Assembly: GCA_963977445.1 (NCBI GenBank)
Contig: CAXBPH010000094.1
Location: 1 to 22,726 of the forward strand
Reading direction: 5' to 3'
Source of the DNA: an uncultured bacterium
GTDB taxonomy: Bacteria; Hydrogenedentota; Hydrogenedentia; Hydrogenedentales; JAEUWI01
DNA length: 22,726 bases
A program made the translations under genes and the position numbers. The notes beneath the pieces were generated by a model. The model was given only the letters and a program-made list of their open reading frames with translations, had not been told where the DNA came from and searched no databases. Below, piece after piece: positions 1 to 9,871 of the stretch (positions are counted from its first letter, which is position 1; each line of letters begins with the position of its first letter).

Positions 1-135
1 ATCTTCGTCCGCCGCAAAAAGCTGATCGGCAAGGGTTTGGTACATAGCAACGGTAAGTGCATTTTTCTTTTCAGGACGGTTGAGCTGCAGGGTCAACACA
101 AAGTCCCCTTTGGATACTACTATGTGATCACTCAT
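1..135 (-). CDS. Enoyl-CoA hydratase/isomerase (crotonase) family protein, 5' part only (runs off the window edge)
   Basis: Manual translation of the minus strand from ATG at 135 gives MSDHIVVSKGDFVLTLQLNRPEKKNALTVAMYQTLADQLFAADED. It contains the crotonase N-terminal motif L-x-LNRP-x-K-x-NAL. An AAGGAAG RBS lies just upstream (141-147). Not in the supplied ORF track. Confidence 0.88.
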   Translation of the reverse strand, partial: MSDHIVVSKGDFVLTLQLNRPEKKNALTVAMYQTLADQLFAADED

Positions 136-224
136 TCGCTCTTCCTTGTATGCTGCATAGGCTTCGCGCCCAAATTCCCGAACGTCCCGTGACTCCCATC
201 GAGCCACGGACGTATCACCATTAT

Positions 225-1364
225 TTACTTCAACACCGCCCGGATCGGACCTTCCAGCGCATCGGCCTGGCGGAAAAAGCCCAGGTCGGTCGGGTGGGTC
301 CCGTCTACGGTGCCCAAGCCATCGTCACCCAGCAAGTCATCGCAGGGCACATAGGACAACCCCGTCACCCCATCTTGCAGCATCTGGGCGTAGACCTTTT
401 TCAATGCTTCGTTCTTCGCTTCGTGGCCGCCACCACCGTAAAACCAACTGTTCTGGTAGATTATGTTTTCCACCAGGACAATGGGCGTGTCCGGGTGAGC
501 GGCACGCAGAATCTTTACCAGGGGCGCCACGCGCTCCGTCACCATTTCTGCATTCATATTGGGCAGGCAATCCAAAACGAAGACGCTCGCATCCAACTCG
601 GCAATGAGCGTTCCCATTTCGGGTTCCATTTTGCCGTTGCCCGAAAATCCCAGATTGATGGTCTCCCGATCCAGGCGTTGTCCGAGGATGGCAGGATACG
701 CCATGCCAGGGCGTGATGCGCAGCCACCATGGGTTATTGAGGTGCCATAGAAAACGACAGGCCGACTGTCGATGCGATTCGGCCCTTTGGCCAGGGTGCT
801 GCCCGGCTTCACGCCGATTTCCAGCTTGTCCGTCCCGTTATAAAGGGGCAGGTAGATCATATATTCATGGAGCCCCTCGGGTGCCCCCGAAACCAGACGG
901 GCCCGATTGTCAATCTGCTGACTCGGCCTGCCCTGGGCCACCCAACGCCAACGGTCGCCATCTTTTGCATAGAGGTCCAGGCCACTAACGCCCGTGGCGG
1001 GCATATGGGGCATGGAAAGGCTAGCGCTGCTCACCGACCAGCGGGCCGATATCTCCGGCGAATCCGACACGAATCGTACCGCCATCCCGGCCGAATGGTG
1101 AGAAAGACTCCAGACTGCCGGGGGAATCACGCCCTCTGACGAGGCGGGGATGCGGTCATAGGGACGACCTGTCTCTTCCCAGCCCTTTCCTTCGAGGCCG
1201 ATCTTGAGGGCATCAAACCACTGGACGTCCTCTCCCGGCTCCACCACGGCGAAGTTGGGATCAAGCACTTCCAAATCGGTGTGCAAGGTCTCTTCGGCCA
1301 CTGCGTTCAGGCAGGGAACCAGGATAAACGTCAACAGGACGGAACAACATGTAGCAAGACGCAT
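225..1364 (-). CDS. Exported SGNH/GDSL hydrolase with N-terminal GxDLY domain
   Basis: Signal-peptide-like N-terminus. Motifs HMPATGVSGLDLY (GxDLY), FYGTSIT (block I Ser), NLGFSGNG (block II), DCLPN (block III) and DGTHP (block V). GAGGAG RBS upstream. Confidence 0.9.
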   Translation of the reverse strand: MRLATCCSVLLTFILVPCLNAVAEETLHTDLEVLDPNFAVVEPGEDVQWFDALKIGLEGKGWEETGRPYDRIPASSEGVIPPAVWSLSHHSAGMAVRFVSDSPEISARWSVSSASLSMPHMPATGVSGLDLYAKDGDRWRWVAQGRPSQQIDNRARLVSGAPEGLHEYMIYLPLYNGTDKLEIGVKPGSTLAKGPNRIDSRPVVFYGTSITHGGCASRPGMAYPAILGQRLDRETINLGFSGNGKMEPEMGTLIAELDASVFVLDCLPNMNAEMVTERVAPLVKILRAAHPDTPIVLVENIIYQNSWFYGGGGHEAKNEALKKVYAQMLQDGVTGLSYVPCDDLLGDDGLGTVDGTHPTDLGFFRQADALEGPIRAVLK

Positions 1365-1505
1365 GAATGACTTCTCCTCAAGGTGTTTTCAGGTCAAGCG
1401 AGTGTACGACCCGCCCCGTCCGTGATGCAAACACACTGGATCTTATCGGGAGTGACCCACTACTATGGCGACACGAAGATTCAACCCCACAAGGAACAGG
1501 ATTTC

Positions 1506-2444
1506 ATGCTGAATTTCATTCTCCCCTTTGTATTGCTCAGCGCCACGGCGGGCAAAATAGATTTCGAAGTGCTCAACTTTGAGAGCACCTACGACCAGAC
1601 ACAACAGCCTACCCGTTTTTATATTTCGCCGGAAGAAGGCCCCCAGCCCCTGCTGGTCCTGTTGCACTCCTGGAGCACCGACATGAACAACTACGACCCC
1701 GACACCTGGGTCGAGGCCGCACGCTCCCACGGCTGGCACGTGGCCGTCCCCCATTTTCGCGGCGGCAACTTCAACCCCGAAGCCTGTGCCTCCCCCGCCG
1801 CACGGCAAGACATACTCGATACGGTTACGACGATTGTGTCGAAATATCCGGTAGACACCACCCGAATCTATCTGGCTGGCAGCTCCGGTGGCGGCCATAT
1901 GTCCATGGTCATGGCGGGCTACAGCCCTGAAACCTGGAGTGCCGTCTCGGCCTGGGTGGGCATCAGCGAGCTTGCCGACTGGCATGAGGAGAACAAGGCG
2001 GTAGAACGTAAATACTATAAGGATATCGAGGCCTGTGTGGGGGGCACGCCCGGAAGCTCCCCGGAAGTCGACAAAGAGATTCTGGCCCGTTCGCCGCTGT
2101 ATCACATTGCCAATGCCCGCGATATCCCGCTGGACCTCAACGCTGGCGTCCACGACGGTCACACCGGCTCGGTGCCCATCCACCACACCCTCGATGCCTA
2201 CAATGAAGTCGCGAAAGCCGTGGGCGACGCCGGTGTGTCTCAATCCGCCATCAATGCCCTCTCCCAGGAAATTGTACCACCAGAAGCGCCGACAGCAGAC
2301 CCCACCTATGGCCGACGTATCCACCTGCGTGAATCCGCGAAAAAGGCCCGCGTAACCATCTTCGAAGGCGGTCATGAAGGCCTTCCGAATGCTGCCTGCA
2401 CCTGGCTTGCCCAGCATGTACGCGACGGAGACAGCACCAAATGA
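1506..2444 (+). CDS. Alpha/beta hydrolase (S9 prolyl oligopeptidase / esterase-like), probably exported
   Basis: LLVLLHSW oxyanion region, DTTRIYLAGSSGGG nucleophile elbow and C-terminal FEGGHE catalytic His. Start moved from 1383 to ATG 1506, which follows AAGGAACAGG and begins a hydrophobic segment (MLNFILPFVLLSATAG). Confidence 0.82.
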   Translation: MLNFILPFVLLSATAGKIDFEVLNFESTYDQTQQPTRFYISPEEGPQPLLVLLHSWSTDMNNYDPDTWVEAARSHGWHVAVPHFRGGNFNPEACASPAARQDILDTVTTIVSKYPVDTTRIYLAGSSGGGHMSMVMAGYSPETWSAVSAWVGISELADWHEENKAVERKYYKDIEACVGGTPGSSPEVDKEILARSPLYHIANARDIPLDLNAGVHDGHTGSVPIHHTLDAYNEVAKAVGDAGVSQSAINALSQEIVPPEAPTADPTYGRRIHLRESAKKARVTIFEGGHEGLPNAACTWLAQHVRDGDSTK

Positions 2445-5071
2445 AAACGGGCCCTTCGCTTCGATTGATGGCCTCCCTGCTCATCGTGATCACGTTCATC
2501 CCGGCTGCCCGTGCCGAACCCGCTCGGGGGCACCAGGATGACCTGACACAGGAGTATGCCCAATTCCGCAAGGCACAACTTGGCGATGTAGCCTACGACC
2601 TGTCGTTTCGACTGGAAAAAGACGCTAAAACCTTTCAGGGAACTACCCGAATCGACCTCACCCTGAATCATGTTGACGCGCCCTTGAGCATCGATCTGAC
2701 GGCGGAGGAAATCACGTCCATACGGGCGAACGGCGAGACCATTACCGATGCGACAAAACGGGAGGGCAGTTTTGACATTCCTGCCGCCCACCTGCGCGTG
2801 GGTGAGAATGAAATCGAGATTCGCCATGTCGGGGCCTACACCACCACGGGCCAGGGACTATGTCACATGACCGATCCCGTGGATAACAAGGAATATCTCT
2901 ACACCAACTTCGAACCCTACGGCGCCCACCGGGTCTTTCCCTGTTTCGACCAGCCGGACATCAAGGCCACCTACACCCTCTCGGTCAATGCGCCCCTCAA
3001 CTGGGAAGTCATGGGCAATCAGCCCATACTCGCGGGGAGCCCTGCGGGCGACCGAAAGGAAATCCGCTTCGGCGCAACACCCCTACTGAGCACGTACCTC
3101 TTTTTCCTGGGTAGTGGCGATTACCAGGCGTGGCACGACACCCACCATGGTCAACCCCTCGCAATCTATACCCGGGCATCCCTGGCCCAATATCTCGACA
3201 CGGACCGCCTCTTCGCCGAGACCAAGGCGGGTCTCGATTATTTCGCCCGGTATTTTGATTCGCCCTACCCCTTTGAGAAATACGACCACGTCTTCGCCCC
3301 GGAATTGCAGGCAGGTGCCATGGAAAATCCCGGCGCCGTTACCATGAATGAATCCATGATCTTTCGCGGAGCCGTTACCGACGAAGACTATCGGGGCCGC
3401 AACAACACCCTCCTCCACGAAATGGCCCACATGTGGTTTGGCGACCTGGTGACTATGGCCTGGTGGAACGACCTCTGGCTCAATGAGAGTTTTGCCACCT
3501 TCTCCGCCTACCAGGCCCAGGCCAGTATGGGAGACGCTGACATCGCCTGGCGCGATTTTTATGACCTGAAGGGCTGGGCCTACTACCAGGATCAACTCAG
3601 CACGACCCACCCTATTGAAACAGAGGTGACCTCGGTGCAGCTCGCCACGTCCAATTTTGACGGCATCACCTATGCCAAGGGCGCCTCAGCCCTGAAACAA
3701 TTGGCATTCTATGTGGGCGACGAGGCCTATCAGCACGGGGTCGCCCAATACTTCAAGACTTTCGCCTGGAAAAACGCCACCCGGACCCAGTTTATTGATG
3801 CCATCGCCACGTCGGCCGATTTGGATCTCGGCAACTGGACCGAGCGCTGGCTACAAACCGAGGGGCTCTCCAAAATCAGTCTGTCGCTGGTCTCCGAAGG
3901 CGATCACCTTGCCCACGTTACCTTGGCGCAGGAATCCTTGAACGCGCCCCGCCTTTCTCCACACAAAACACGGATTGGGGTGTTCCGTCTCGAGGATTCC
4001 GGTGCCCTGACGCTGGACCACAGCGATACCTTAACCTATGAAACGACCACGACAGACGTTCCCTGGCTCGCAGGTGTGAAGACCCCCGACTTCCTCTACC
4101 CAAACTATGCGGACATGGACTATGGGCTTTTCTTTCTCGATGACGCCTCGATTCAGACGGCCCTGCACCATCTCGCAGCCCTGGAAGATCCCTTCACCCG
4201 ACAAATGGTCTGGGGCACCCTTTTCAGCATGGTGCGGCACCAGAAATTGACCTCTCCCGAACTGATGGAGGTTCTACTGAAAAATCTGCCACGGGAATCC
4301 GACGTCAATATCCTCGACTTCCTCGTCGGCGGGGGGAGTACCTCCCAACTGTTTTTCAACTTCCTCACACCCGATATGCGCAGGCACTACGCCCCGGATA
4401 TGGAGCGTATGCTCAGCCATGGGCTCCGGGCAGCCGCGTCCGGGTCGGATGAGCGACTCATCTGGCAAGATGGCTACGTACGGCTTGCCTCGCGCCCCGA
4501 GGCACGCGAAACCCTGGAAACGTTGTTGCTCCAGGAAGGGCTGGATCAGCCACGGCGCTGGCGCCTACTCAACAAACTCGCCACCCTCAACACCCCCGAC
4601 ATGGAGGCCCGCATCGCCGCCGAAGCGGCCCGTGATGCAACGGCACAAGGGACACAACGGGCCCTCGGGTGCCGCGCTGCCCTGCCCGACCTCGAAAATA
4701 AAAAACAATACTGGACACTACTCACCGGTGGAAGTCTTGCCATTCCCGAATTTCGGGCCGTTGCCGGCGCCTTCTACAACGCCCTGTACCCCGACTTGGG
4801 AAAGGAATTTCAAGCGGCCTGGCTCACCCATGTGCGCGCAGTCGATTGGGAACAGGAGAGCCACAACATTAGAACGTGGTTTGGCGATCTCTTCCCGCCC
4901 ATCTACGCCGCCGAAGACCTGAAAGCGGCCCGGGACGCTTTCTCCGAATCGTCCGTAGCGCCACGTGCGCGACGCGCCTGGCAAGAAGCCCTGGACCGTG
5001 CCGCCAAAATCGTCGCGATTAGAAACCACGACGCACAAATGAAGTCCAATATACAGGTTGTATCAAAGTGA
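2441..5071 (+). CDS. pepN: Aminopeptidase N (M1 zinc metallopeptidase) with signal peptide and ERAP1-like C-terminal region
   Basis: GAMEN exopeptidase motif, HEMAHMWFGDLVTMAWWNDLWLNE (HExxH-x18-E), FPCFDQPD and FDGITYAKG. ATGA overlap with the upstream gene. Confidence 0.95.
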   Translation: MKTGPSLRLMASLLIVITFIPAARAEPARGHQDDLTQEYAQFRKAQLGDVAYDLSFRLEKDAKTFQGTTRIDLTLNHVDAPLSIDLTAEEITSIRANGETITDATKREGSFDIPAAHLRVGENEIEIRHVGAYTTTGQGLCHMTDPVDNKEYLYTNFEPYGAHRVFPCFDQPDIKATYTLSVNAPLNWEVMGNQPILAGSPAGDRKEIRFGATPLLSTYLFFLGSGDYQAWHDTHHGQPLAIYTRASLAQYLDTDRLFAETKAGLDYFARYFDSPYPFEKYDHVFAPELQAGAMENPGAVTMNESMIFRGAVTDEDYRGRNNTLLHEMAHMWFGDLVTMAWWNDLWLNESFATFSAYQAQASMGDADIAWRDFYDLKGWAYYQDQLSTTHPIETEVTSVQLATSNFDGITYAKGASALKQLAFYVGDEAYQHGVAQYFKTFAWKNATRTQFIDAIATSADLDLGNWTERWLQTEGLSKISLSLVSEGDHLAHVTLAQESLNAPRLSPHKTRIGVFRLEDSGALTLDHSDTLTYETTTTDVPWLAGVKTPDFLYPNYADMDYGLFFLDDASIQTALHHLAALEDPFTRQMVWGTLFSMVRHQKLTSPELMEVLLKNLPRESDVNILDFLVGGGSTSQLFFNFLTPDMRRHYAPDMERMLSHGLRAAASGSDERLIWQDGYVRLASRPEARETLETLLLQEGLDQPRRWRLLNKLATLNTPDMEARIAAEAARDATAQGTQRALGCRAALPDLENKKQYWTLLTGGSLAIPEFRAVAGAFYNALYPDLGKEFQAAWLTHVRAVDWEQESHNIRTWFGDLFPPIYAAEDLKAARDAFSESSVAPRARRAWQEALDRAAKIVAIRNHDAQMKSNIQVVSK

Positions 5072-5196
5072 GAGCGCCCTATCAGGCAGAATGATGTTTG
5101 GTATCCTGTTGCTTTTCTTCTACTACGGCCTGTTACAAGACCTTCACAGACTAATCCGATGTAAGAATAAACCAGGACCAGAGAGAGGTACTGCCC

Positions 5197-6336
5197 ATGT
5201 TCCCTCGTTTCATCGCCGCCACCATCGTGATCCTCATGGGGCATTCCACAGCCTTTTCAGCCGTGCCCGCCAGTCCGGAGCAACCGGGCCCTTATGCCGT
5301 AGGGGTCACGACAATGCAATTGGAAGATCCAGCCCGTATTGACCCGAAACTGCAAGGACCACGGCCCCTCCTGGCAGAAATTTGGTACCCGGCCGATCCC
5401 GTGGCAACGACTGGTACACCCGCGAAATTCAGTGACTTCTATCTCGGCGGCAAAGACATTCAGATGAATACCATTCTGAGTATTGCGTTTAAGATCGATA
5501 TCAGCGGAATGGATAAGACCTTCAAGACGGTGGCCCGCCGTGAAGCCACGATCGCCGAAGGCACCTTTCCTATATTGATTTTCTCCCACGGAAATGGCGG
5601 TATGCGCGCCCAAAGCACATTCTGGTGCGATCAGATGGCAAGCCATGGTTTTATTGTTGCCGCTGTCGACCACACACGAAATGCCTGTGCCACCTCCTAC
5701 AACGGCACGGTCATTCCTTACGACATGGAGGGCAGGAAACAAGCCGGTATCGATCGTCCCAAGGACGTCAGCTTTCTACTCGATCAGCTCATTGCGATGA
5801 ACGACGACGCCAGCTCTCGATTTCACGGCCACATCGACACCGAAAACATCGGTGTCGCCGGCCATTCCTTTGGGGGCTTCACCTCCATGGCCGTTCTCGT
5901 TACAGACCCCCGGGTGGACGCCATCGCGCCTATGGCGGCAGTAGTCCCCGAATTCTCCACGTCAAGTAGTCGCCCCATGTTGCTTTTCATTGCGTCGGAG
6001 GACGATACCATTGGTGAGAAAGGTAACATGGGTGCCCGCGCCTACTACGCCGCAACGAAATCGCCCAAGTACCTCGTTGAAATGAAGGATGCCGGACATT
6101 ATTCCTTCTCTGACATGTTTCAAATCAACCCCAACTGGGGCGACGGGATTGGTAAGGGTAAACGTATCACCAACGGCGAACCCATCACCTACCTTCCTAT
6201 GGAAGAGACCTATCGGCTCACCAACGGCTATAGCGTGGCCTTTTTCTATGAGTACCTCAAACATGACCCGCGGTATGTCGACTACCTGAACGCCAACCAA
6301 TCACCCGATGCGCTCATCTTCCAGGCTGCCCCGTGA
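5197..6336 (+). CDS. Exported alpha/beta hydrolase (PAF-acetylhydrolase / chlorophyllase-like)
   Basis: Signal peptide, PGPYAVG, EIWYPA, FPILIFSHG, DRPKDVSFLLD, AGHSFGG nucleophile elbow, SEDD acid residue and AGHYSFSD catalytic His. GAGAGG RBS. Confidence 0.88.
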   Translation: MFPRFIAATIVILMGHSTAFSAVPASPEQPGPYAVGVTTMQLEDPARIDPKLQGPRPLLAEIWYPADPVATTGTPAKFSDFYLGGKDIQMNTILSIAFKIDISGMDKTFKTVARREATIAEGTFPILIFSHGNGGMRAQSTFWCDQMASHGFIVAAVDHTRNACATSYNGTVIPYDMEGRKQAGIDRPKDVSFLLDQLIAMNDDASSRFHGHIDTENIGVAGHSFGGFTSMAVLVTDPRVDAIAPMAAVVPEFSTSSSRPMLLFIASEDDTIGEKGNMGARAYYAATKSPKYLVEMKDAGHYSFSDMFQINPNWGDGIGKGKRITNGEPITYLPMEETYRLTNGYSVAFFYEYLKHDPRYVDYLNANQSPDALIFQAAP

Positions 6337-6639
6337 AGTCGAATTTGGGCGCACACATCCATTTCTTTTTCACAAATAGCATTTTACTATGCAAACATGT
6401 AACTATTTCAAAAATATGTGCGACATGTTGGCAATACAGGCTGCAATATCGTATTCTGTAGCAGTGGAATTGGCCGCTAAAGCCTTTGCACCATTCCAAT
6501 CGCGTAGCATAGGGGAACAATAGGCGATCGGTCATCGTGGTTGCAGCTACACCCATTCGTGGAAACAATGCAGGGCAAATACGATGCGTTTTCAGGGCCT
6601 GTCAAACACCAAACCATTTCCAAAACCAGAGAAGCGGCA

Positions 6640-8655
6640 ATGAACAGTGATTTGAAGTCAATACTTAGCACCTGGGGGGGAAACGTGCTATGTGTGAACC
6701 CGGATGATTGCATAGATTTTTGTGCTTCAAACAAGCTCTTGCCACTGTGGACCACACCAGACGACGTTATCGGAAAGACCGTAGTCCAGGTGTTTCCAGG
6801 TAGAGTCGGCGGCCTGCTGCGCGGTGCGGTGCGCGCGGCGCGCTTCCAAGGCACGGCCCAGGAAGTACAGATAGCAATCGAAGAGGGGACGCCTGCCTGG
6901 GACGGAAAGACCCTCGTTGTCGCCCTATCAGATCGCTCGGCTGTAATTCGCTTCATTCAACCGACGCCCCTCCCTCACGTGACGACCAGCGATGAGGAGA
7001 GCGAGACAGAAAAAGTTCGCCAACTGGTGGTAGCAGCCCAGCAGGCAAATGCCGCAAAAAGCATGTTCGTGGCCAATATGAGCCACGAAATTCGCACACC
7101 GATGAACGGAATTATCGGCATTCTCGAAATGTTACTCGAGACCCCCTTGAATGAGGAGCAACAAGAGTTCACGCAAATCATGCGCAGTTCCGCAGACGCG
7201 CTCATGCTTATCATAAATGACATCCTGGATTTCTCTAAACTGGAAGCCGGAAAAATGACGTTGGAGTTTATCGATTTCGACTTCAGAACGTGTGTGGAGA
7301 GTGCGGCAGAGATGCTCGGCTTTCGCGCTCTGGAGAAGGGCATCGAACTGGCGGTTCTGATGGAGCCGGATTTACCGGAGCGCGTAAATGGCGATCCTGG
7401 TCGACTTCGACAAATCTTGCTCAATTTAATCAGCAACGCGCTTAAGTTCACCGAAGTGGGTGATGTCGTTATTCACTGCGCCCTTGTCGAAAAACGAGAG
7501 GACGAATACATCGTCTCCATTGCTGTCACCGATACCGGTATCGGCATATCGGATGAGCGCGCGGAAAATCTGTTTGACCCATTCACCCAGGCCGACGCCT
7601 CGACGACACGACGCTATGGGGGTACGGGGCTTGGCTTATCGATTTCCCGACAAATAGCGGAAGCGATGGGAGGGCAAATCAGTGCAGCCAATCGTGATAG
7701 CGGCGGAAGTCGGTTTTCCTTCACCGTTCGCCTGGGAAAAGAATTCCAACACGGCGAATCCGACCCTCCCGTCTCACTGGACGTAACAACCGAGACGGTG
7801 CGTATACTGATCCTCGATGATATAAAAACCAACCGCCGCATGTTCCGGGAAATGCTTCAAAGCCGGGGGCACAATGTCGCCGACGCCGCCAGTGGCGCAG
7901 AGGGACTGCGGCTCTTACAAGACAGTATCACCGAGAATACCCCCTTTCAACTGGTCCTTGTGGACTACCAGATGCCGGAGATGGACGGCTACCAGTTTGG
8001 AATGGAAGTACGAAGAAACCCCGAATTAGACAAGGTGGCCCTCGTGCTGGTACCCTCCTCGCCCTCCCGCGGCGATGCCACCCGCATGCTCTCTGTGGGA
8101 TTCGATGCCTATTTCCCAAAACCTATGAAACGAAGTGAACTCGATGGCTGCATCGCAGCCGTGTTACGTCGACGTGCCAATGCCCACGCCAAACCATCGC
8201 AGGCGCTGGTTACAAAATACACCTTGGCGGAGATGCTCCGCGATGGGGGATACATTCTGGTAGTCGAAGATAATGAGGTCAATCGTATCGTGATAACCAA
8301 AATGCTCGACAAGCTGGGTTACACCTGCGATTGTGCCGTGGATGGTCAGGAGGCCGTTGAAGCGGTTCGCACCCGGGGCTATGATCTGATTCTTATGGAT
8401 TGTGGCTTGCCACGCCTTAGTGGATACGAAGCCACGAGACAAATTCGCACGCTCGAAGGAGAGGTCGCCCATACCCCCATCATCGCCATGACGGCGGATG
8501 CAATGGAAGGTACGAAACAGAAGTGTCTCGACGCGGGAATGGACGACTATATGGCCAAACCGTTGGATCGCAGCACGCTCAAAAACACGCTGGATGCCCA
8601 TCTCCCCCATGGCCGGGACCGACTGCGCACCGTTACTGGGGACGACCGGGCCTGA
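6640..8655 (+). CDS. Cytoplasmic hybrid sensor histidine kinase (PAS-like, HisKA, HATPase_c, REC, REC)
   Basis: H-box ANMSHEIRTPMNG, N-box RLRQILLNLISNALKFT, G1 DTGIG, F-box LFDPFTQAD, G2 GGTGLGL. Two receivers: VLVDYQMPEMDG and ILMDCGLP...MTA...AKP. No transmembrane helix. Start uncertain (6541 TTG, 6568 ATG or 6640 ATG). Confidence 0.93.
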   Translation: MNSDLKSILSTWGGNVLCVNPDDCIDFCASNKLLPLWTTPDDVIGKTVVQVFPGRVGGLLRGAVRAARFQGTAQEVQIAIEEGTPAWDGKTLVVALSDRSAVIRFIQPTPLPHVTTSDEESETEKVRQLVVAAQQANAAKSMFVANMSHEIRTPMNGIIGILEMLLETPLNEEQQEFTQIMRSSADALMLIINDILDFSKLEAGKMTLEFIDFDFRTCVESAAEMLGFRALEKGIELAVLMEPDLPERVNGDPGRLRQILLNLISNALKFTEVGDVVIHCALVEKREDEYIVSIAVTDTGIGISDERAENLFDPFTQADASTTRRYGGTGLGLSISRQIAEAMGGQISAANRDSGGSRFSFTVRLGKEFQHGESDPPVSLDVTTETVRILILDDIKTNRRMFREMLQSRGHNVADAASGAEGLRLLQDSITENTPFQLVLVDYQMPEMDGYQFGMEVRRNPELDKVALVLVPSSPSRGDATRMLSVGFDAYFPKPMKRSELDGCIAAVLRRRANAHAKPSQALVTKYTLAEMLRDGGYILVVEDNEVNRIVITKMLDKLGYTCDCAVDGQEAVEAVRTRGYDLILMDCGLPRLSGYEATRQIRTLEGEVAHTPIIAMTADAMEGTKQKCLDAGMDDYMAKPLDRSTLKNTLDAHLPHGRDRLRTVTGDDRA

Positions 8656-8724
8656 AGGAAAACTTTCCTCGAGGTCTAACCGCGCCCATGCCCTCTCCAT
8701 CGGCAGAATTTCCAATCCAACCTG

Positions 8725-9792
8725 CTAAAAGAGGCTGAGCTGCTCCCCACCCGGTCGCACAAACTGGTCCGTGCGAAGCCCCATGCCTCCCGATTCGAAA
8801 CCCAGTTTCTGATGCATCACCGAAAACAGGCGCTCAATCTGATCCGCGTGAATCCCGGTGCCCCGCATGCGCTCGCCAAAGACAGACCGATATAGTTGGC
8901 CGCCACGCATCGCCTGAATCCGGTTCAGCACCTTTTCCTGACGTTCGGGATAGTGGACACCCAACCAGGAAGTGAATAGAGGAGCAACGGCGTGCGGCAG
9001 GCGAAGTACGATATAACCCGCAAATCGAGCACCCCGTTCCCGCGCGGCAGATAGAAGTTGGGGAATTTCGTGGTCGGTCAATCCCGGTATTACGGGCGCA
9101 ACTAATACACCCACGGGGATACCCGCTTCGCTCAAGGCTTCAATGACCTCCAGGCGTTGCTGGGGCGAGGAGGTCCGGGGTTCCAGACGACGATTAAGGC
9201 CAAGATCGAGGGTCGTCAGGGATACCAACACCCCCGCGCATCCCGCTCGGGCCATTTCCTGGAGAATATCGCTGTCCCGGCCTACCAGACGGTTCTTGGT
9301 GATGATTACAACGGGGTTTCTTCGGGCCGCAAAAACCTGCAGGCACCCACGGGATAAACCCATTTTTCGTTCGGTCGGTTGATAGGGGTCGGTTACCCCA
9401 CTCATCGCCACGACTGCAGGTCGCCAACGGGGTTTGCTCAATGCCTCTTCAAGCAAGCGTGGGGCGTCGGCCTTGTAGAATATCTTCGTCTCAAAGTCCA
9501 GTCCCGCCGAGTACCCCATATATTCGTGGGTCGGTCGGGCATAACAGTATACACAGCCGTGCTCACAGCCCCGGTAGGGATTGACGCTGAATTCAAAACC
9601 CACATCCGGGCTGTCATTGCGACTCACTATGGACTTGGCGTCGTCCGCAATTAAGGTGGTCGGAACACGTTCCGCCCCGCACGGCGCGTCATCGTCCTCA
9701 TACGCGTAGTCACGGTCTTCGAATCGGTTCGACGTGTTCCACCACGCCCCCCGCCCGGTCATGATCTTGTCGTTTTCTAATTGCAATCCCAT
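8725..9792 (-). CDS. PA0069/Rv2578c-family radical SAM protein (spore photoproduct lyase-like)
   Basis: GRGA..N..NRFE N-terminus, SVNPYRGCEHGCVYCYARPTH (CxxxCxxC), TDPYQP, LEPRT and C-terminal QLSLF. Strong GGAGGTG RBS. Confidence 0.93.
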   Translation of the reverse strand: MGLQLENDKIMTGRGAWWNTSNRFEDRDYAYEDDDAPCGAERVPTTLIADDAKSIVSRNDSPDVGFEFSVNPYRGCEHGCVYCYARPTHEYMGYSAGLDFETKIFYKADAPRLLEEALSKPRWRPAVVAMSGVTDPYQPTERKMGLSRGCLQVFAARRNPVVIITKNRLVGRDSDILQEMARAGCAGVLVSLTTLDLGLNRRLEPRTSSPQQRLEVIEALSEAGIPVGVLVAPVIPGLTDHEIPQLLSAARERGARFAGYIVLRLPHAVAPLFTSWLGVHYPERQEKVLNRIQAMRGGQLYRSVFGERMRGTGIHADQIERLFSVMHQKLGFESGGMGLRTDQFVRPGGEQLSLF

Positions 9793-9871
9793 CCGTACTC
9801 ACCTCCCCCCAAGCCTATCACATACTGAATATATGTTCAATGCTTTTCGGGGGAAGAATTTCGCACGGGCG

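Noticed and set aside
1443..2417. 324-aa minus-strand ORF, and similar ones at 13358-14260, 16925-17881, 18436-19392 and 21177-21890
   Set aside because: Each lies antisense to a gene with clear family motifs and has none of its own. They are explained by codon bias.
5058..5342. 94-aa ORF between pepN and the downstream hydrolase
   Set aside because: It overlaps both real genes out of frame and has no RBS or motif.
6425..6495. Possible sigma54 promoter upstream of the histidine kinase (TGGC...TGC)
   Set aside because: The spacing does not give the required GG-N10-GC geometry.
8657..8672. AGGAAA-AC-TTTCCT hairpin as a terminator between the convergent kinase and radical SAM genes
   Set aside because: The stem is short and AT-rich with no T tract, too weak to call.
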